Source of the DNA: Nemertoderma westbladi
Taxonomy: Eukaryota > Animalia > Xenacoelomorpha
Length of the DNA: 40,634 bases
Reading direction: 5' to 3'
Assembly: GCA_032718475.1 (NCBI GenBank)
Contig: JAUCBJ010008683.1
Location: forward strand, 1 to 40,634
A program made the translations under genes and the position numbers. Positions 21,323-33,859 of this stretch are shown here, one piece after another. The notes beneath the pieces are model-generated. The model searched no databases. It was not told the origin of the DNA and worked only from the letters and a program-made list of their open reading frames with translations. The first letter of the stretch is position 1, and every line of letters begins with the position of its first letter.

Positions 21323-23704
21323 CTAATAGATGGATTATAAATTACCTCTCCTAGATACACTAAACAAGATGAAAACAACGACCTGAGATATTTTATTGAG
21401 AATTGAGATCAAATCAATTAAAAAGGTACTTTTGCATTAAAAGCTCAGCTGTGTATTATTTAATAGATAAATTGGATTTGATCATTTTTTCCATTTCTGA
21501 ACAAAACCTTTATAATACAATATTTAATAAACTTAGTTTCATAGCTAAAGAAAAATACGCAGCACTTATGGAAAGGGATTGTGTCTGGAGCTAAATGTAA
21601 AACACGAGAGCGGGCCTTCGTGCAGCAAAAGATGCAAGCCATCTTAGCGAACAATTATAATTATACTATGGCTAGTTAAATTCCTCGAATAACCGCTAGC
21701 AGTCGCTGTGCAACATCAATTTATTTATATATTTAATTTCATTTCATACATATGTCAGGCTGACATAGTACACAGTAAATACAAGTAAATAAAGCGTCAC
21801 CAAAAAAAAACAAAAATTTTGCAGGTGAAAGCAAGCTGGCAAGGGATGTGGCAGGTTGCCTCTGACGACAAGTAAAGAAATAGAAATACTCAGCGTTTAT
21901 TCGCTACTGGGACTGTGTTTAAGGAAAAGGCAGTTAATTTATTATTGGCTTCCGACACACACACACACACACCTACCCACCCCTACTTTTGGAAAACGGC
22001 CATAGTATAATTATAACAGTTCGCTGATGGCTCGCAGTTTTGACTCGCCCCAAATACAGACAGAGCGATACACAGACGGTTGACATAGTGTATATAATTA
22101 TATGCTTAAAACTTATGGCTCGCAACCCCCAAATAATGATGACTATACTAAAAACTAAAAACAAATAATGGTTGACGACTAAAAACTAAATACAAATAAT
22201 GGTTGACTCGTAGTAAAAAGTATACAACGATAGCTATAGAATAGATAGATGCTTCAAAATAATGATAACTACATAGCTAAAACAGATACATTTAAGCAAG
22301 TTGTGATATCTAGAACAAAACATAATAGTGCAAATTAATGGTGACTAGAGCAAATAAGATAGCTATAAACACAAAGTGAAATTGTATTTTGGGTTTTCAA
22401 AAATGATATATCATGACTAAAATTCAAATTTTTAAAAATAAAATTATTATCAATTTAGTACTTTTCTGGGGTACATTTAATTGTGTACATTAATGCTACA
22501 TGAACATAAACAGTCTACACCAGTATCACATAAACTTACACACATTCACCCCCCCCCCCCCCCCCCCCCCGCCTGCCTCTCCCCCCACATACAAACACCT
22601 GTACGGTACCAGTTCAGCTGCCAGACATCATCTAAAGCTCAACCATACTGGAGCAACCATAAACTGAAAGTATTATTTGTACCGGTGCCGCTTTCAGGCC
22701 TATATAAATATTATATACTTCGTCCGGTGTTAGCTGGTAGACCGAATAACCAGCCCAGAACTCCAGTTGAATGTTCCGTTCAGTACACTGCAATATTATA
22801 TTACTAGAAAAAATAATCAAACTTCGCAGCTAAACTAGCAAATACAGTACAGGCGACCAGAAAAAGCAGATTTAATCAAATGTTATCACATGTGAACACA
22901 TTTGTTCAAGTCATCTGATTGGCAGGTCACTACATTAATTCAATGGCGAGTTATCTTCCAGATCACACAGCAGGAAGCTGACTTGCTGGGACCGACAAAA
23001 GCTTTGTGTGCGGTGCGCCTGTATGTCTGATATCAGGTAGATGAGAGAGCCCCCAGGGCGTAACATTGGTAGAGAGAGAACTACATACAAGGGTGTCGTC
23101 GCGTTTCGGCAACTGTCGCGATTCGGCAACAGTCGCGTTTCGGCAAAAAAAGTTGCGTTTCGGCAAAAAAGTCGCGTTTCGGCAAAAAGGTGCGATTCGG
23201 CAACAGTGGCGATTCGGCAAAAAAGTTGCGTTTCGGCAAAAGGTTGCGTTTCGGCAAAAGTATTTCTTTATTGCAGGAGAATACACTTTACTATCAACAA
23301 TACACGTTCGTGGGGCCATCGCGCAGGACGAGGCTCAGTTATCAGATACAGATTAAAATTGAGCGACTGTATCACAAAATCAGGTTTTGAGAAATTTACC
23401 CACACCACCAATCAATCAAAGAAAGGGGGACAGTACGTGTTCACCCCTTTTAATCTGCACCCTTCCCACCCACCAGTAATTTATAACTACCGATGCCTTC
23501 AACGCAGTAGGCAGCACTCGTCTTCATTATTATAAACGTCGTTGTGCTCGTCATGTTTTGTATTTAAACATATTTCCTAAACGCAGACTGACGGACGATC
23601 TTTATAACTACCGATGTCTTCAATAGGCGAAGCCAGGTATGGTTTATAGGAATATAGTCTACGCAGTACTGGTCTTCATTATATGCCTCGTTGCGCTCGT
23701 CGCT

Positions 23705-24058
23705 CAAGCTAATATATTTAACTTGCCAGTTTTTGCAAGCTAATAGATAACTTGCCCATTTGGACAAGCTAATATATTTAACTTGTCAGTTTGGGCATGC
23801 TCATATATTTAACTTGCCAGTTTGGGCAAGCTAATAACTTGCCCATTTGGGCAAGCTAATATATTTAACTTGCCAGTTTGGGAAAGCTAATAGATAACTT
23901 GCCCATTTGGGCAAGCTAATATATTTAACTTGTCAGTTTGGGCATGCTCATATATTTAACTTGCCCGTTTGGGCAAGCTAATAGATAACTTGCCCATTTG
24001 GGCACGCTAATATATTTAACTTGTCAGTTTGGGCATGCTAATATATTTAGCTTGCCAG
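23705..24058. repeat. Minisatellite, ~27-31 bp units (gctaatatatttaacttgccagtttgggcaa)
   Basis: About 12 alternating variants inside the foldback element. Confidence 0.9.
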
Positions 24059-24105
24059 TCATGCATTGCAGTCAGTCAGTAGTCTTGCATAGTCGACCTA
24101 TGATG

Positions 24106-24297
24106 ATATATGTAAGCCGACCAGCCGACCACTTGCGACTTACCCTCAGTTCACTCACTGGGTCGAATAGTCGCCTTTATACATGACCCAAGAGTGGTTG
24201 GAACTTGGCCTAACCTAAATACTTCATATGTAAACTAGCCGACTTCTAGCGATCCTCCATAAGTCACCTGTGGTCGGCTGTTCGGCTTTCATATATA
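24106..24297. mobile_element. Small inverted-repeat element (MITE-like)
   Basis: atatatgtaagccgaccagccgaccacttgcgactta versus the reverse complement of taagtcacctgtggtcggctgttcggctttcatatat. Confidence 0.6.
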
Positions 24298-25593
24298 ATA
24301 GGTAACACATACACAATAATTCAAATAGATATTAAATATATAATTAATATAGTAAATAGTAATAACTTGCCAACAAAAGCCCCCCCCCCCCTCCCCCTCT
24401 ATCTGGGCGATTTGGTAGTGCGAAATTAACTCCATACAAATAAATTAAATAATATTAATACTCACATTACTGCACCACCTACCTTGCATAATTGACATAG
24501 AGAAAGACCAGTACAATTTTAATAATTGAATTCAACCCAGTTCTAACATCTAGGAATTTATCTATATCTTTTGCCGAAACGCAACTTTGTGCCGAAACGC
24601 AACTTTTTTGCCGAATCGCGACTGTTGCCGAAACGCAACTTTTTGGCGAAACGCAACTTTTTTTGCCGAATCGCAACTTTTTGCCGAATCGCGACTTTTT
24701 TTGCTGAAACGCATCTTTTTTGCCGAAACGCAACTTTTTTGCCGAATCGCGACTGTTGCCGAAACGCGACAGTTGCCGAATCGCGATGTAACCCATACAA
24801 GACCACATGGAGATTCATGGAGGTGATGCCTCCATTCATGGGAGTGATGGGTATATGGATGGAGGAGCCTAGACCATTGAATAATTAATTTAGTGCAGGG
24901 AGATGTCGCGCCATTAGTCTGACACCGAGAGGGCACACAGAAACACCAGAAGATGCCTTAACATCACTAACTATAGGCCTGCCTACTAGACACTATTAAC
25001 CGCACACTATAAAGGTAAACAAAATCCTTATCGCATTTCCAGCTGCAGTGAGTGACAGTTCGCGGCAAACTACAGAGAGTTTCCAGATTACTAAGAGTTT
25101 CAAAAGTTTTCAAAAGTATTCAATTGTATACTTCGGCGAAAAAATGTTGGTTGTTGCCTATTCAAATATGTTCAATTGTCCCGTTCAACAACATTACATT
25201 ACACTGGTACACATTTGATCAAATGTGTTCACATTTGTACAAATCTGCGTTTTCTGGTGGCCTGTACTGTAGCTCGCATAACGCAGTATTAATCATAAGG
25301 CAATACAATATTATGTCGTAGTCGTATAAAGTACTTTATGATTATTGATAGTAACAATGTGTTGGCAAGCTGTATTTTATTATATTTATTATATATATTT
25401 ATATAATATATTTATTATATTTTATTTATTTTGTTTTTATTATAGGAAGGGATCTAGGGGTCTTAACCTCGAATGATAAGTTTATTTTACCGAAAATAAC
25501 TTATCTTTTATTGGCGCAATTGTAGGACTAATCCCATCACATGCGTACTTTTTAACCGGGTAGTGTACAAATTTAGGAATCGCGTAATTGTTC

Positions 25594-25743
25594 TTGAAAT
25601 TAATATCTCATATCTCTCCAAACCACGTACGCGTTTCGACATTACTGGGTCTCATCAGCGTGGTGTCGGATTCGAACCTGGGACCTCGAGGAGACTACAA
25701 CCACTAGGCCACAGGTTCTTGAGATATGGAGTATTAATTTCAA
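25594..25743 (-). mobile_element. tRNA-head plus hammerhead SINE-like element enclosed by 23-bp inverted repeats
   Basis: A box TGGCCTAGTGG and B box GGTTCGAATCC (25667-25711, minus) lie directly 5' of the ribozyme. Flanks are ttgaaattaatatctcatatctc and gagatatggagtattaatttcaa. Confidence 0.7.
25622..25664 (-). ncRNA. Minimal type I hammerhead ribozyme
   Basis: Minus strand accacg-CTGATGA-gac(ccagtaat)gtc-GAAA-cgcg-TA-cgtggt: intact core, stem I 6 bp, stem II 3 bp, palindromic stem III, GUA cleavage triplet. Confidence 0.85.
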
Positions 25744-26423
25744 AGCCAGCTGCCATTTTATTAGCCCCTGATTTTTGATTATTAAAGCACTTTATATGAT
25801 AACAGTAATTTATTTTCTTACCACGCTTCGCTCAGTGACTAAGACAACTCCTAATGTTTACCTATGAGGCACCTCTTTGCACAGCATGATAATAATATTG
25901 ATTTTTTTTACAGCAGATTGACAATATACATTTATTAGAATAACACCTTATGATATCACTCAGAAGAGGGGGAAATGCAGTGCAAATAACAATTAATTGC
26001 TTTCAAGTGAGTGTAGTTAATAAAGGCATCAGTAAAGATTCACAATTTATTACATGCTGCATGCAGTGATGTTGGGACTTTAAAAATTAATATCGGTTGC
26101 AGTGCGAGAAATAAAGTTGATAAATTAAATAAAATATATCGCCAATGAATTATTAGAAATTATATCACATAAATTGAATAACAATATGCGCTGCGCACCC
26201 CATTTGGTTGATAAACTAGCTTAAAAACAACCATTGTGTAAATTCCCATACCTTAAAAAAATTGTAACTAGAAATTTGAGTCACATATTTCGATAATGCA
26301 ATTTAGACTACAGACAACACGTAATAATTAAAGGGTTAAGAAATTATAGTAAAATGTTTTCAAAACTTCAATAAAATTGAAATAAATTCTGAAAATCGTT
26401 CTAAATGGGAAGACGTATCCACA

Positions 26424-28000
26424 TTGTTTGATTGTTTAGCTAATGTTTGAGTGTTCTGCTATTGTTTGATTGTTTAGCTAATGTTTGATTGTTTAGCTAA
26501 TGTTTGATTGTTCTGCTTATGTTTGATTGTATTGTAATGTTCTGTTTATGTTTGATTGTATTGTTCTGCTAATGTTTGATTGTTTAGGTAATGTTTGTTT
26601 GTTCTTAATACAGGTTCCACCTTGGTGTAGTGGTTGCATTGAATTCACATCTCCCGTAGGTCGTGGGTTCGATCCTCACATGGGCCAGGGCAGTTTTCGT
26701 TTCGGTACGAATGCTTTAAAGGGACCAGCAACTCTGCCTTGCATCCTTAAATGGTAGCTAAATGATAAAGTTCTGGGCGACCACACTGGAAATAAGTCGT
26801 CAGACTTTGTGCGAAATCCCTGGCCTAGCGGCCAAAGAAAATTTACTTACTTTGTTCAGCTATTGTTTGATTGTTCCTAGGTAATATTTGATTGTGCTGC
26901 TAATGTTTGATTTTACTGCAAATGTTTGATTGCTCTGCTATTGTTGGATTGTGCTGCTAATGTTTGATTGTATTGCCCTGCTAATGTTTGATTTCACTGC
27001 AAATGTTTGATTTTACTGCATATGTTTGATTGCTCTGCTAATGTTTGATTGTTTAGCTAATGTTTGATTGTATTGTTCTACTTATGTTTGATTGTTTAGC
27101 TAATGTTTGATTGTATTGTTCTACTTATGTTTGATTGTAATGTTCTGCTTATGTTTGATTTTATTGTTCTGCTAATGTTTGATTGCATTGTTCTGCCTAT
27201 GTTTGATTGTTTATGTAATGTTTGTTTGTTCAGCTATTGTATGATTGTTAATAGGTAATATTTCAATGAGCTGCTAATGTTTGATTGTATTTTCCTGCTA
27301 ATGTTTGATTGGACTGCAAATGTTTGATTGTTCTGCTATTGTTTGATTTATCTGCTATTGTTTGATTGTTTAGCTAAAGTTTGATTGTATTGTTCGGTAA
27401 TGTTTGATTGTTCTGCCATTGTTTGATTGTTTAGCTAATATTGATTGTTCTGATAATATTTGATTGTACTGCTAATGTGTGATTGTTCAGGTATTGTTTG
27501 ATTGTTAACGAATGTTTGATTGTTCTGCTTAATTTTGATTGTATTTTTATGCTAATGTTTGATTGTTCTACTATTGTTTTAATGTTTAGCTAATGTTGAA
27601 TTGTTCTGCTTATGTTTGATTGTATTGTTCTGCTAATGTTTGATTGTATTGTTCTGCTTATGTTTGATTGTATTGTTCTGCTTATGTTTGATTGTTTTTC
27701 TTATGTTTGATTGTATTGTACTGCTAGTGTTTGATTGTACTGCTAATGTTTGATTGTTCTGTTATTGTTTGATTGTTCTGCTAATGTTTGCTTGTTCGGC
27801 TAATGACTCTTTAGCTAATTTTTTATTGTTCTGCTATTGTTTGGTTGTTCTGCTAATGTTTGGTTGTTCTGCTAATGTTTGATTGTTCTGCTATTGTTTG
27901 ATTGTTCTGCTATTGTTTGATTGTTCTGCTAATGTTTGATTGTTCTGCTAATGTTTTGTTCTGCTATTGTTTGATTGTTCTGCTAATGTTTGGTTGTTCT
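26424..28000. repeat. Degenerate T-rich minisatellite (19-24 bp, tgtttgattgttctgctaa)
   Basis: Dozens of copies, interrupted by a SINE. Confidence 0.92.
26613..26852 (+). mobile_element. tRNA-derived SINE
   Basis: A box tggtgtagtgg, B box ggttcgatcc, and a (ttac)n-like tail. The 3' ~90 bp recur inverted at 37945-38033. Confidence 0.8.
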
Positions 28001-28562
28001 ATTGTATGGGAACGACGAATCAACCTCAATTTAACAAAACATAAATTAAAATGTTATTAACAATCACGGGAAAGAACAAAGAACAGTCATTATAAACAAA
28101 ACAATAAACGAGAGTCAATGGAAGGGTGACAATATCATTTTTGCTTGTATAATGTAAATCGCAATCAGCTGTTATTTGCGTTGCTTTGCCCTTTGGGAGC
28201 TTTCACGTCTAATTGCTGCTACTAGAGTCCCAGCCCCACTCCCCCATGTATCGTATCGATAATGTTTGCTTAAGCATGGTAGAAATGATTTCAGTACATT
28301 TTAATAAAAATAATTAATTATATATTAAGGTACCATTCGAATTCAACTCAGTTATTTATAAACAAGTCAGCGTTAGATCACGTTGCCCCACCTTTTATTC
28401 ACAATATAACAACACCATTGACACACTTAGTTAGGTCTGTCTGGTGCGTCAGTTCTAAAATATCTGGGGAAAGAAACTTACGATTTACTCACCTTATCCC
28501 ATACTTCGGGGTGGTCCTCCATGCGTTCCGTTACTAGATAAAGATCCTATTAAGCGGATACA

Positions 28563-28643
28563 TGTAGAACAGTTTGTTTATACAGTACATATAGAACAGT
28601 TTGTTTATACAGTACATATAGAACAGTTTGTTTATACAGTACA
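28563..28643. repeat. ~27-bp tandem repeat x3
   Basis: tagaacagtttgtttatacagtacata repeated. Confidence 0.85.
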
Positions 28644-28694
28644 AGTAGTGCAGTATACCGTACATAGTAGGGGTGCAAAAGAGCTAAAATTTAA

Positions 28695-30118
28695 GCGCTA
28701 CTCCTATCTGCAGCCCGAAGGTAGGGGTGGGCGCTACTGCTATCTGCTACCCGAAGGTAGGGGTGGGCGCTACTCCTATCTGCTACCCCAAGGTAGGAGT
28801 GGGCGCTACTCCTATCTGCTACCCGAAGGTAGGGGTGGGCGCTACTGCTATCTGCTACCCGAAGGTAGGGGTGGGCGCTACTCCTATCTGCTACCCCAAG
28901 GTAGGGGTGGGCGCTACTCCTATCTGCTACCCGAAGGTAGGGGTGGGCGCTACTGCTATCTGCTACCCGGAGGTAGGGGTGGGCGCTACTGCTATCTGCT
29001 ACCCGAAGGTAGGGGTGGGCGCTACTCCTATCTGCTACCCGACTGTGGGGGTGGTTGCTACTCTTATCTGCTACCCGAAGGTAGGGGTGGGCGCTACTCC
29101 TATCTGCTACCCGGAGGTAGGGGTGGGCGCTACTGCTATCTGCTACCCGAAGGTAGGGGTGGGCGCTACTCCTATCTGCTACCCGACTGTGGGGGTGGTT
29201 GCTACTCTTATCTGCTACCCGAAGGTAGGGGTAGGCGGTACTCCTATCTGCTACCCGAAGGTAGGGGTGGGCGCTACTGCTATCTGCTACCCGAATGTAC
29301 AGTAGGGGTGGGCGGTACTCCTATCTGCTACCCGAAGGTAGGGGTGGGCGCTACTGCTATCTGCTACCCGAATGTACAGTAGGGGTGGGCGGTACTCATA
29401 TCTGCTACCCGAATGTAGGGGTGGGCGCTACTCCTATCTGCTACCCGGAGGTAGGGGTGGGCGCTACTGCTATCTGCTACCCGAAGGTAGGGGTGGGCGC
29501 TACTCCTATCTGCTACCCGACTGTGGGGGTGGTTGCTACTCTTATCTGCTACCCGAAGGTAGGGGTGGGCGCTACTGCTATCTGCTACCCGAAGGTAGGG
29601 GTGGGCGCTACTCCTATCTGCTACCCGACTGTGGGGGTAGTTGCTACTCTTATCTGCTACCCGAAGGTAGGGGTGGGCGCTACTCCTATCTGCTACCCGG
29701 AGGTAGGGGTGGGCGCTACTGCTATCTGCTACCCGGAGGTAGGGGTGGGCGCTACTGCTATCTGCTACCCGAAGGTAGGGGTGGGCGCTACTCCTATCTG
29801 CTACCCGACTGTGGGGGTGGTTGCTACTCTTATCTGCTACCCGAAGGTAGGGGTGGGCGCCACTCTTATCTGCTACCCGAAGGTAGGGGTGGGCGCTACT
29901 CCTATCTGCTACCCGAAGGTAGGGGTGGGCGCTACTCCTATCTGCTACCCGACTGTGGGGGTGGTTGCCACTCTTATCTGCTACCCGAAGGTAGGGGTGG
30001 GCGCTACTCCTATCTGCTACCCGAAGGTAGGGGTGGGCACTACTCCTATCTGCTACCCGAGGGTATGGGTGGGCGCTACTCCTATCTGCTACCTGAGGGT
30101 ATGGGTGGGCGCTACTCC
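28695..30118. repeat. 36-bp GC-rich minisatellite (~39 copies)
   Basis: Unit ctactcctatctgctacccgaaggtaggggtgggcg, with recurring variants (ctactgc, cccgactgtgggggtggttg). Confidence 0.97.
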
Positions 30119-30235
30119 TGTAGTAGCTCAGTTGGTTGAGCGGCGGGCCTGCAATCTATTGGTTGTGGGTTCAGCCCCGTCGGGGTCTACTAAGCCTTTC
30201 ATCCACTGGATTCGATGAAATGAAGACCAGTAGAC
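30117..30235 (+). mobile_element. tRNA-derived SINE 5' portion
   Basis: A box tagctcagttgg and degenerate B box ggttcagccc, followed by ctaagcctttcatcc...gatgaaatgaagaccag, which resembles a conserved central domain of metazoan SINEs (from memory, unverified). Confidence 0.7.
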
Positions 30236-30264
30236 GTAAATGTAGTGGAGATACAGAGGAATAT

Positions 30265-31075
30265 ACAGTATTTGGTAGAATATAGTACAAGTAGTGGAGT
30301 ATACTGTGTAGTGTGTAGATTTAGTTAAGTAATATACATACAGTACATAGAGTATACAAACATGTACAGTATTTGGTAGAATATACTACATGTAGTGGAG
30401 TATACTGTGTAGTGTGTAGATTTAGTTAAGTAATATACATACAGTACATAGAGTATACAAACATGTACAGTATTTGGTAGAATATACTACATGTAGTGGA
30501 GTATACTGTGTAGTGTGTAGATTTAGTTAAGTAATATACATACAGTACATAGAGTATACAAACATGTACAGTATTTGGTAGAATATACTACATGTAGTGG
30601 AGTATACTGTGTAGTGTGTAGATTTAGTTAAGTAATATACAGTACATATAGTATACAAACATGTACAGTATTTGGTAGAATATACTACATGTAGTGGAGT
30701 ATACTGTGTAGTGTGTAGATTTAGTTAAGTAAATATACATACAGTACATAGAGTATACAAACATGTACAGTATTTGGTAGAATATACTACATGTAGTGGA
30801 GTATACTGTGTAGTGTGTAGATTTAGTTAAGTAATATACATACAGTACATAGAGTATACAAACATGTACAGTATTTGGTAGAATATACTACATGTAGTGG
30901 AGTATACTGTGTAGTGTGTAGATTTAGTTAAGTAATATACATACAGTACTTAGAGTATACAAACATGTACAGTATTTGGTAGAATATACTACATGTAGTG
31001 GAGTATACTGTGTAGTGTGTAGATTTAGTTAAGTAATATACAGTACATATAGTATACAAACATGTACAGTATTTG
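30265..31075. repeat. 101-bp tandem repeat (~8 copies)
   Basis: acagtatttggtagaatatactacatgtagtggagtatac... recurs at 30366, 30467, 30568, etc. Confidence 0.96.
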
Positions 31076-31470
31076 AGTAGAAGTAAACGTTGCGCCATCT
31101 AGTAGTGGTCAGAGGAGTATACACACATTATAGATTTAAATAAGGTCACCGAATCACACATATGTTTATAAACCATTCGTATTGGGTCCGCGCATGCAAA
31201 CACTAGCGTGAAAGTGTGGCGGCGTTAAACACTGGACTATAATGGAACTAAATCTATTCATATCTCTATACAACTGACACAGTTATATATCGATTAACGC
31301 GTATATCTATTGAAAGATAATTTATTATTGATTTGGAATAACTTTAAAATAAAATCTCTAGTTTCGCTTCGTTACATTTTTTGCTTTCAGAGTTTCATAT
31401 TCCCGCAAAAGATTGCGAAAAAATACAATTTCCATAAGGAATACGGCGACTTAATAATTCAGTGAGCTAA

Positions 31471-31724
31471 GGTACCATCCACATTATAATGACGTCACGT
31501 ATTTTGGGGATAGTTATTTTATTACCCACGATTTCATAACAAAGCGAAATATATTATTCCAAATAAAACTGTTTTAAAGGATTTATATCACTGGAATTCA
31601 ATGCCAAGCGCGCTGCTGTACTTATTAACTGTCGTGATTATTTGTATACCGGTAGTACCCCGCATCGCCCCCCCCCCCCCCCCCCCCCACACTATTCGGC
31701 GTGACGTCAGTTCAGGATGGCCAC
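31471..31724. mobile_element. Possible PIF/Harbinger-type MITE (TAA flanks)
   Basis: taa|ggtaccatcc...tgacgtcacg and cgtgacgtca...ggatggccac|taa; imperfect TIR. Confidence 0.45.
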
Positions 31725-31930
31725 TAAAGGCGTAAGTAAAAAAAATATAACTTGATTCTAATATAAAATTAATATACGCGTCGCTTCGAAATTATTTACA
31801 AACAATAAAAGGGAAAAAATGTTTAAAAAAATACCAAAATAAATCAAGAAGTTAAAAATAATTGGGAGAAATAAAATTTATAATTATTTTAATAACACGG
31901 AACAAAAAGGCAAAGTAATTAATGACCCAC

Positions 31931-32056
31931 CTTGTCTTTCTGTTTGTTCGTATCGAATCCCGCATTGGGGGTCTGTGGCATCTGTTGTTGGGGTTGTTGA
32001 CTAGTGGCAAGTTTCCATGGTAACGACAACGCGGTTTTTAGAAATGTTATCTCGCC
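31931..32056 (-). CDS. CPT1: CPT1-like exon
   Basis: cag|GEITFLKTALSLPWKLATSQQPQQQMPQTPNAGFDTNKQKDK|gtgggt; phase 0/0, joins the terminal exon in frame. Confidence 0.92.
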
Positions 32057-32519
32057 CTGAGTAAAATTGTTTATAAAAATAATGAATAATTTAATATTTA
32101 TTTACTTCAAGAAACAACAAATAATATAAGTTTTAATTCAAAATTGTTGATAATATTAAAAAAAATAGATTTAAATAGATAAATTACAGCTTAGCAAATT
32201 CAGCAATGATGTTTAGGTGGGATCGAACTGACGACCTCCAGGATAAAAGGCCTTGAGGACGAAAAATTGCCAGGTAGTATCTCCATAGGTTACCTTTAAC
32301 CCGAGCCCGTTATCGGAATGGTTAGACTTATTATATAAACCAAAAGCGTCCACTTTCCAGTGGAGAGTGGACCAACTGATATCAGTGTACCGCACAATAT
32401 AAACGAGTATTTTGCAATGATTTTTCTCAAGTGTCCCGACAACGTGCAGACAGTTGTAGACGACAACTAACAGATAACTATTATAGAAGGAACTACGATA
32501 TCTAACTAAAACGACTAAC

Positions 32520-32676
32520 ATATCCGAGACCGATGCTGAGGACGTACAGCGCGAATAGATGTCTGTCTACCCCCCGTCCCGTCATCGCGTCTTTGTACAT
32601 AACCGCGTGGGTCTGGCAAGCTGTCGAGAGTAGTTTACGTTTAGTTTCATTAGATACAGTGGCGTCCTCCATGGCT
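32520..32676 (-). CDS. CPT1: CPT1-like exon
   Basis: cag|AMEDATVSNETKRKLLSTACQTHAVMYKDAMTGRGVDRHLFALYVLSIGLGY|gttagt; contains the G-G-DRHL motif. Confidence 0.93.
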
Positions 32677-33116
32677 CTGCGGTAACAAAAACTATAGTTT
32701 ATATCTTATTCAAACACTGCAGGGAAATAAAGTTATACTCACTGAGGGGCAATAAAGTTAGGCTAACGGCAATAAAGATATATATATCGTAGTATACTAC
32801 GAATAATAAGGGCCAATAAAGTTATACTTACTGCGGGTTAATTAAGTTACATTACGGAGGCAGATGTAAACAAAAGTTGAGTTTGAATAAGTAAATAAAT
32901 AATTCAGTATAACATAAACCATTCATACATATAAATATAGTTACATTACAAATATAATATTATACTCTTACAATAATATCTTGTCTCTCTCTCTCTCCTC
33001 ATGACACCCTTACTGCTCAATCAAATACAGACAGCTGATTACTTTCCCATTAATTTTATCACAATAAATATCTTCTTATTAATATAGTACTTAACTAATT
33101 AGCTTTCTGTTAATTA

Positions 33117-33475
33117 CTCTGGAGTCCCGAATAGACGGGGCGACACGGCAATTAATTTTTGAAAAAAAATCCACGTCCACAATTCTCTTATTTCAGACAC
33201 CCCGATTATTAATTTTTTCTAAAAAATTTTGTACATTTTTTATTATGAGTGAATAAACGTTTGTTCTCATAATAATTGAGAGTTGAAAGTGAAAGAAAAC
33301 AAAAACAGTGTACCGAGTAAACCACCAGTAGCCGAAGGTACTGCTGTACCTGTACGCCTATACTGTATGTTAAGTAAATGTGTTAAATTTTCCACCCACC
33401 ACGTTTATTCCAGCCACCCCGACTAATAGCATAATTAAATTTTTCCACCCAGCCCGTCTATGCGGGACTCCAGAG
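33117..33475. mobile_element. MITE, TA-flanked, ~23-bp TIR
   Basis: ta|ctctggagtcccgaatagacggg ... cccgtctatgcgggactccagag|ta. Confidence 0.85.
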
Positions 33476-33554
33476 TAAGTATCATCCTATTATTGCTATA
33501 CAGATCGCGGAGCAATAAAGTTGTGTGTCGGGGAAATAAATTTATAATGCGGGA

Positions 33555-33800
33555 TAATAAAGTTATACTCATTGTTCAATAACGTTGTATTCACTGTAGG
33601 ACAATACAGTTTTACTGCGGGGGAATAAACTAATCCTCGTTGTGGGGCTATAAAGTTATACTGCTGGGCTATAAAGTTATACTCATTGTTCAATAACGTT
33701 GTATTCACTGTAGGACAATACAGTTTTACTGCGGGGGAATAAACTAATCCTCGTTGTGGGGCTATAAAGTTATACTGCTGGGAAATAAAGTTATACTCAT
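33555..33800. repeat. ~114-bp direct duplication within an ataaagttatact-rich repeat (related motifs at 32716-32850)
   Basis: taaagttatactcattgttcaataacgttgtattcactgtagg... occurs twice. Confidence 0.85.
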
Positions 33801-33859
33801 TTCGGGGGAAATACAGTTATAATGTTAAACTCCCTGCAGGGTAATTAAGTTAAACTTAC

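Larger units (their letters stand above)
23092..24793. mobile_element. Foldback-like non-autonomous DNA transposon, GG...CC termini, 8-bp TSD CATACAAG (Merlin- or MULE-like)
   Basis: catacaag at 23084-23091 and 24794-24801. Inverted subterminal arrays of gcg(t/a)ttcggcaaaa lie at 23097-23260 and 24568-24786. Confidence 0.8.
22845..25269. mobile_element. Tc1/mariner-type non-autonomous element (TA TSD, CAGT termini) containing a nested insertion
   Basis: TA|cagtacaggcgaccagaaaaagcagattt... and ...aaatctgcgttttctggtggcctgtactg|TA form imperfect TIRs of ~55 bp. Confidence 0.8.

Noticed and set aside
22549-22570. Long poly-C runs (also ~24379 and ~31667)
   Set aside because: Simple homopolymers of unreliable length with no supporting structure.
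22935-24936. Cluster of short ORFs on both strands
   Set aside because: They arise from the transposon subterminal repeat arrays.
26613-30190. Additional tRNA genes at 26613 and 30117
   Set aside because: A/B boxes are present but there is no proper cloverleaf; they are followed by SINE body sequence.
28648-30218. Long repetitive ORFs (GGRYSYLLPEGR / VGVGATPICYPK)
   Set aside because: Translation of a 36-bp minisatellite that is open in several frames, with no unique coding flanks, inside a CPT1 intron.
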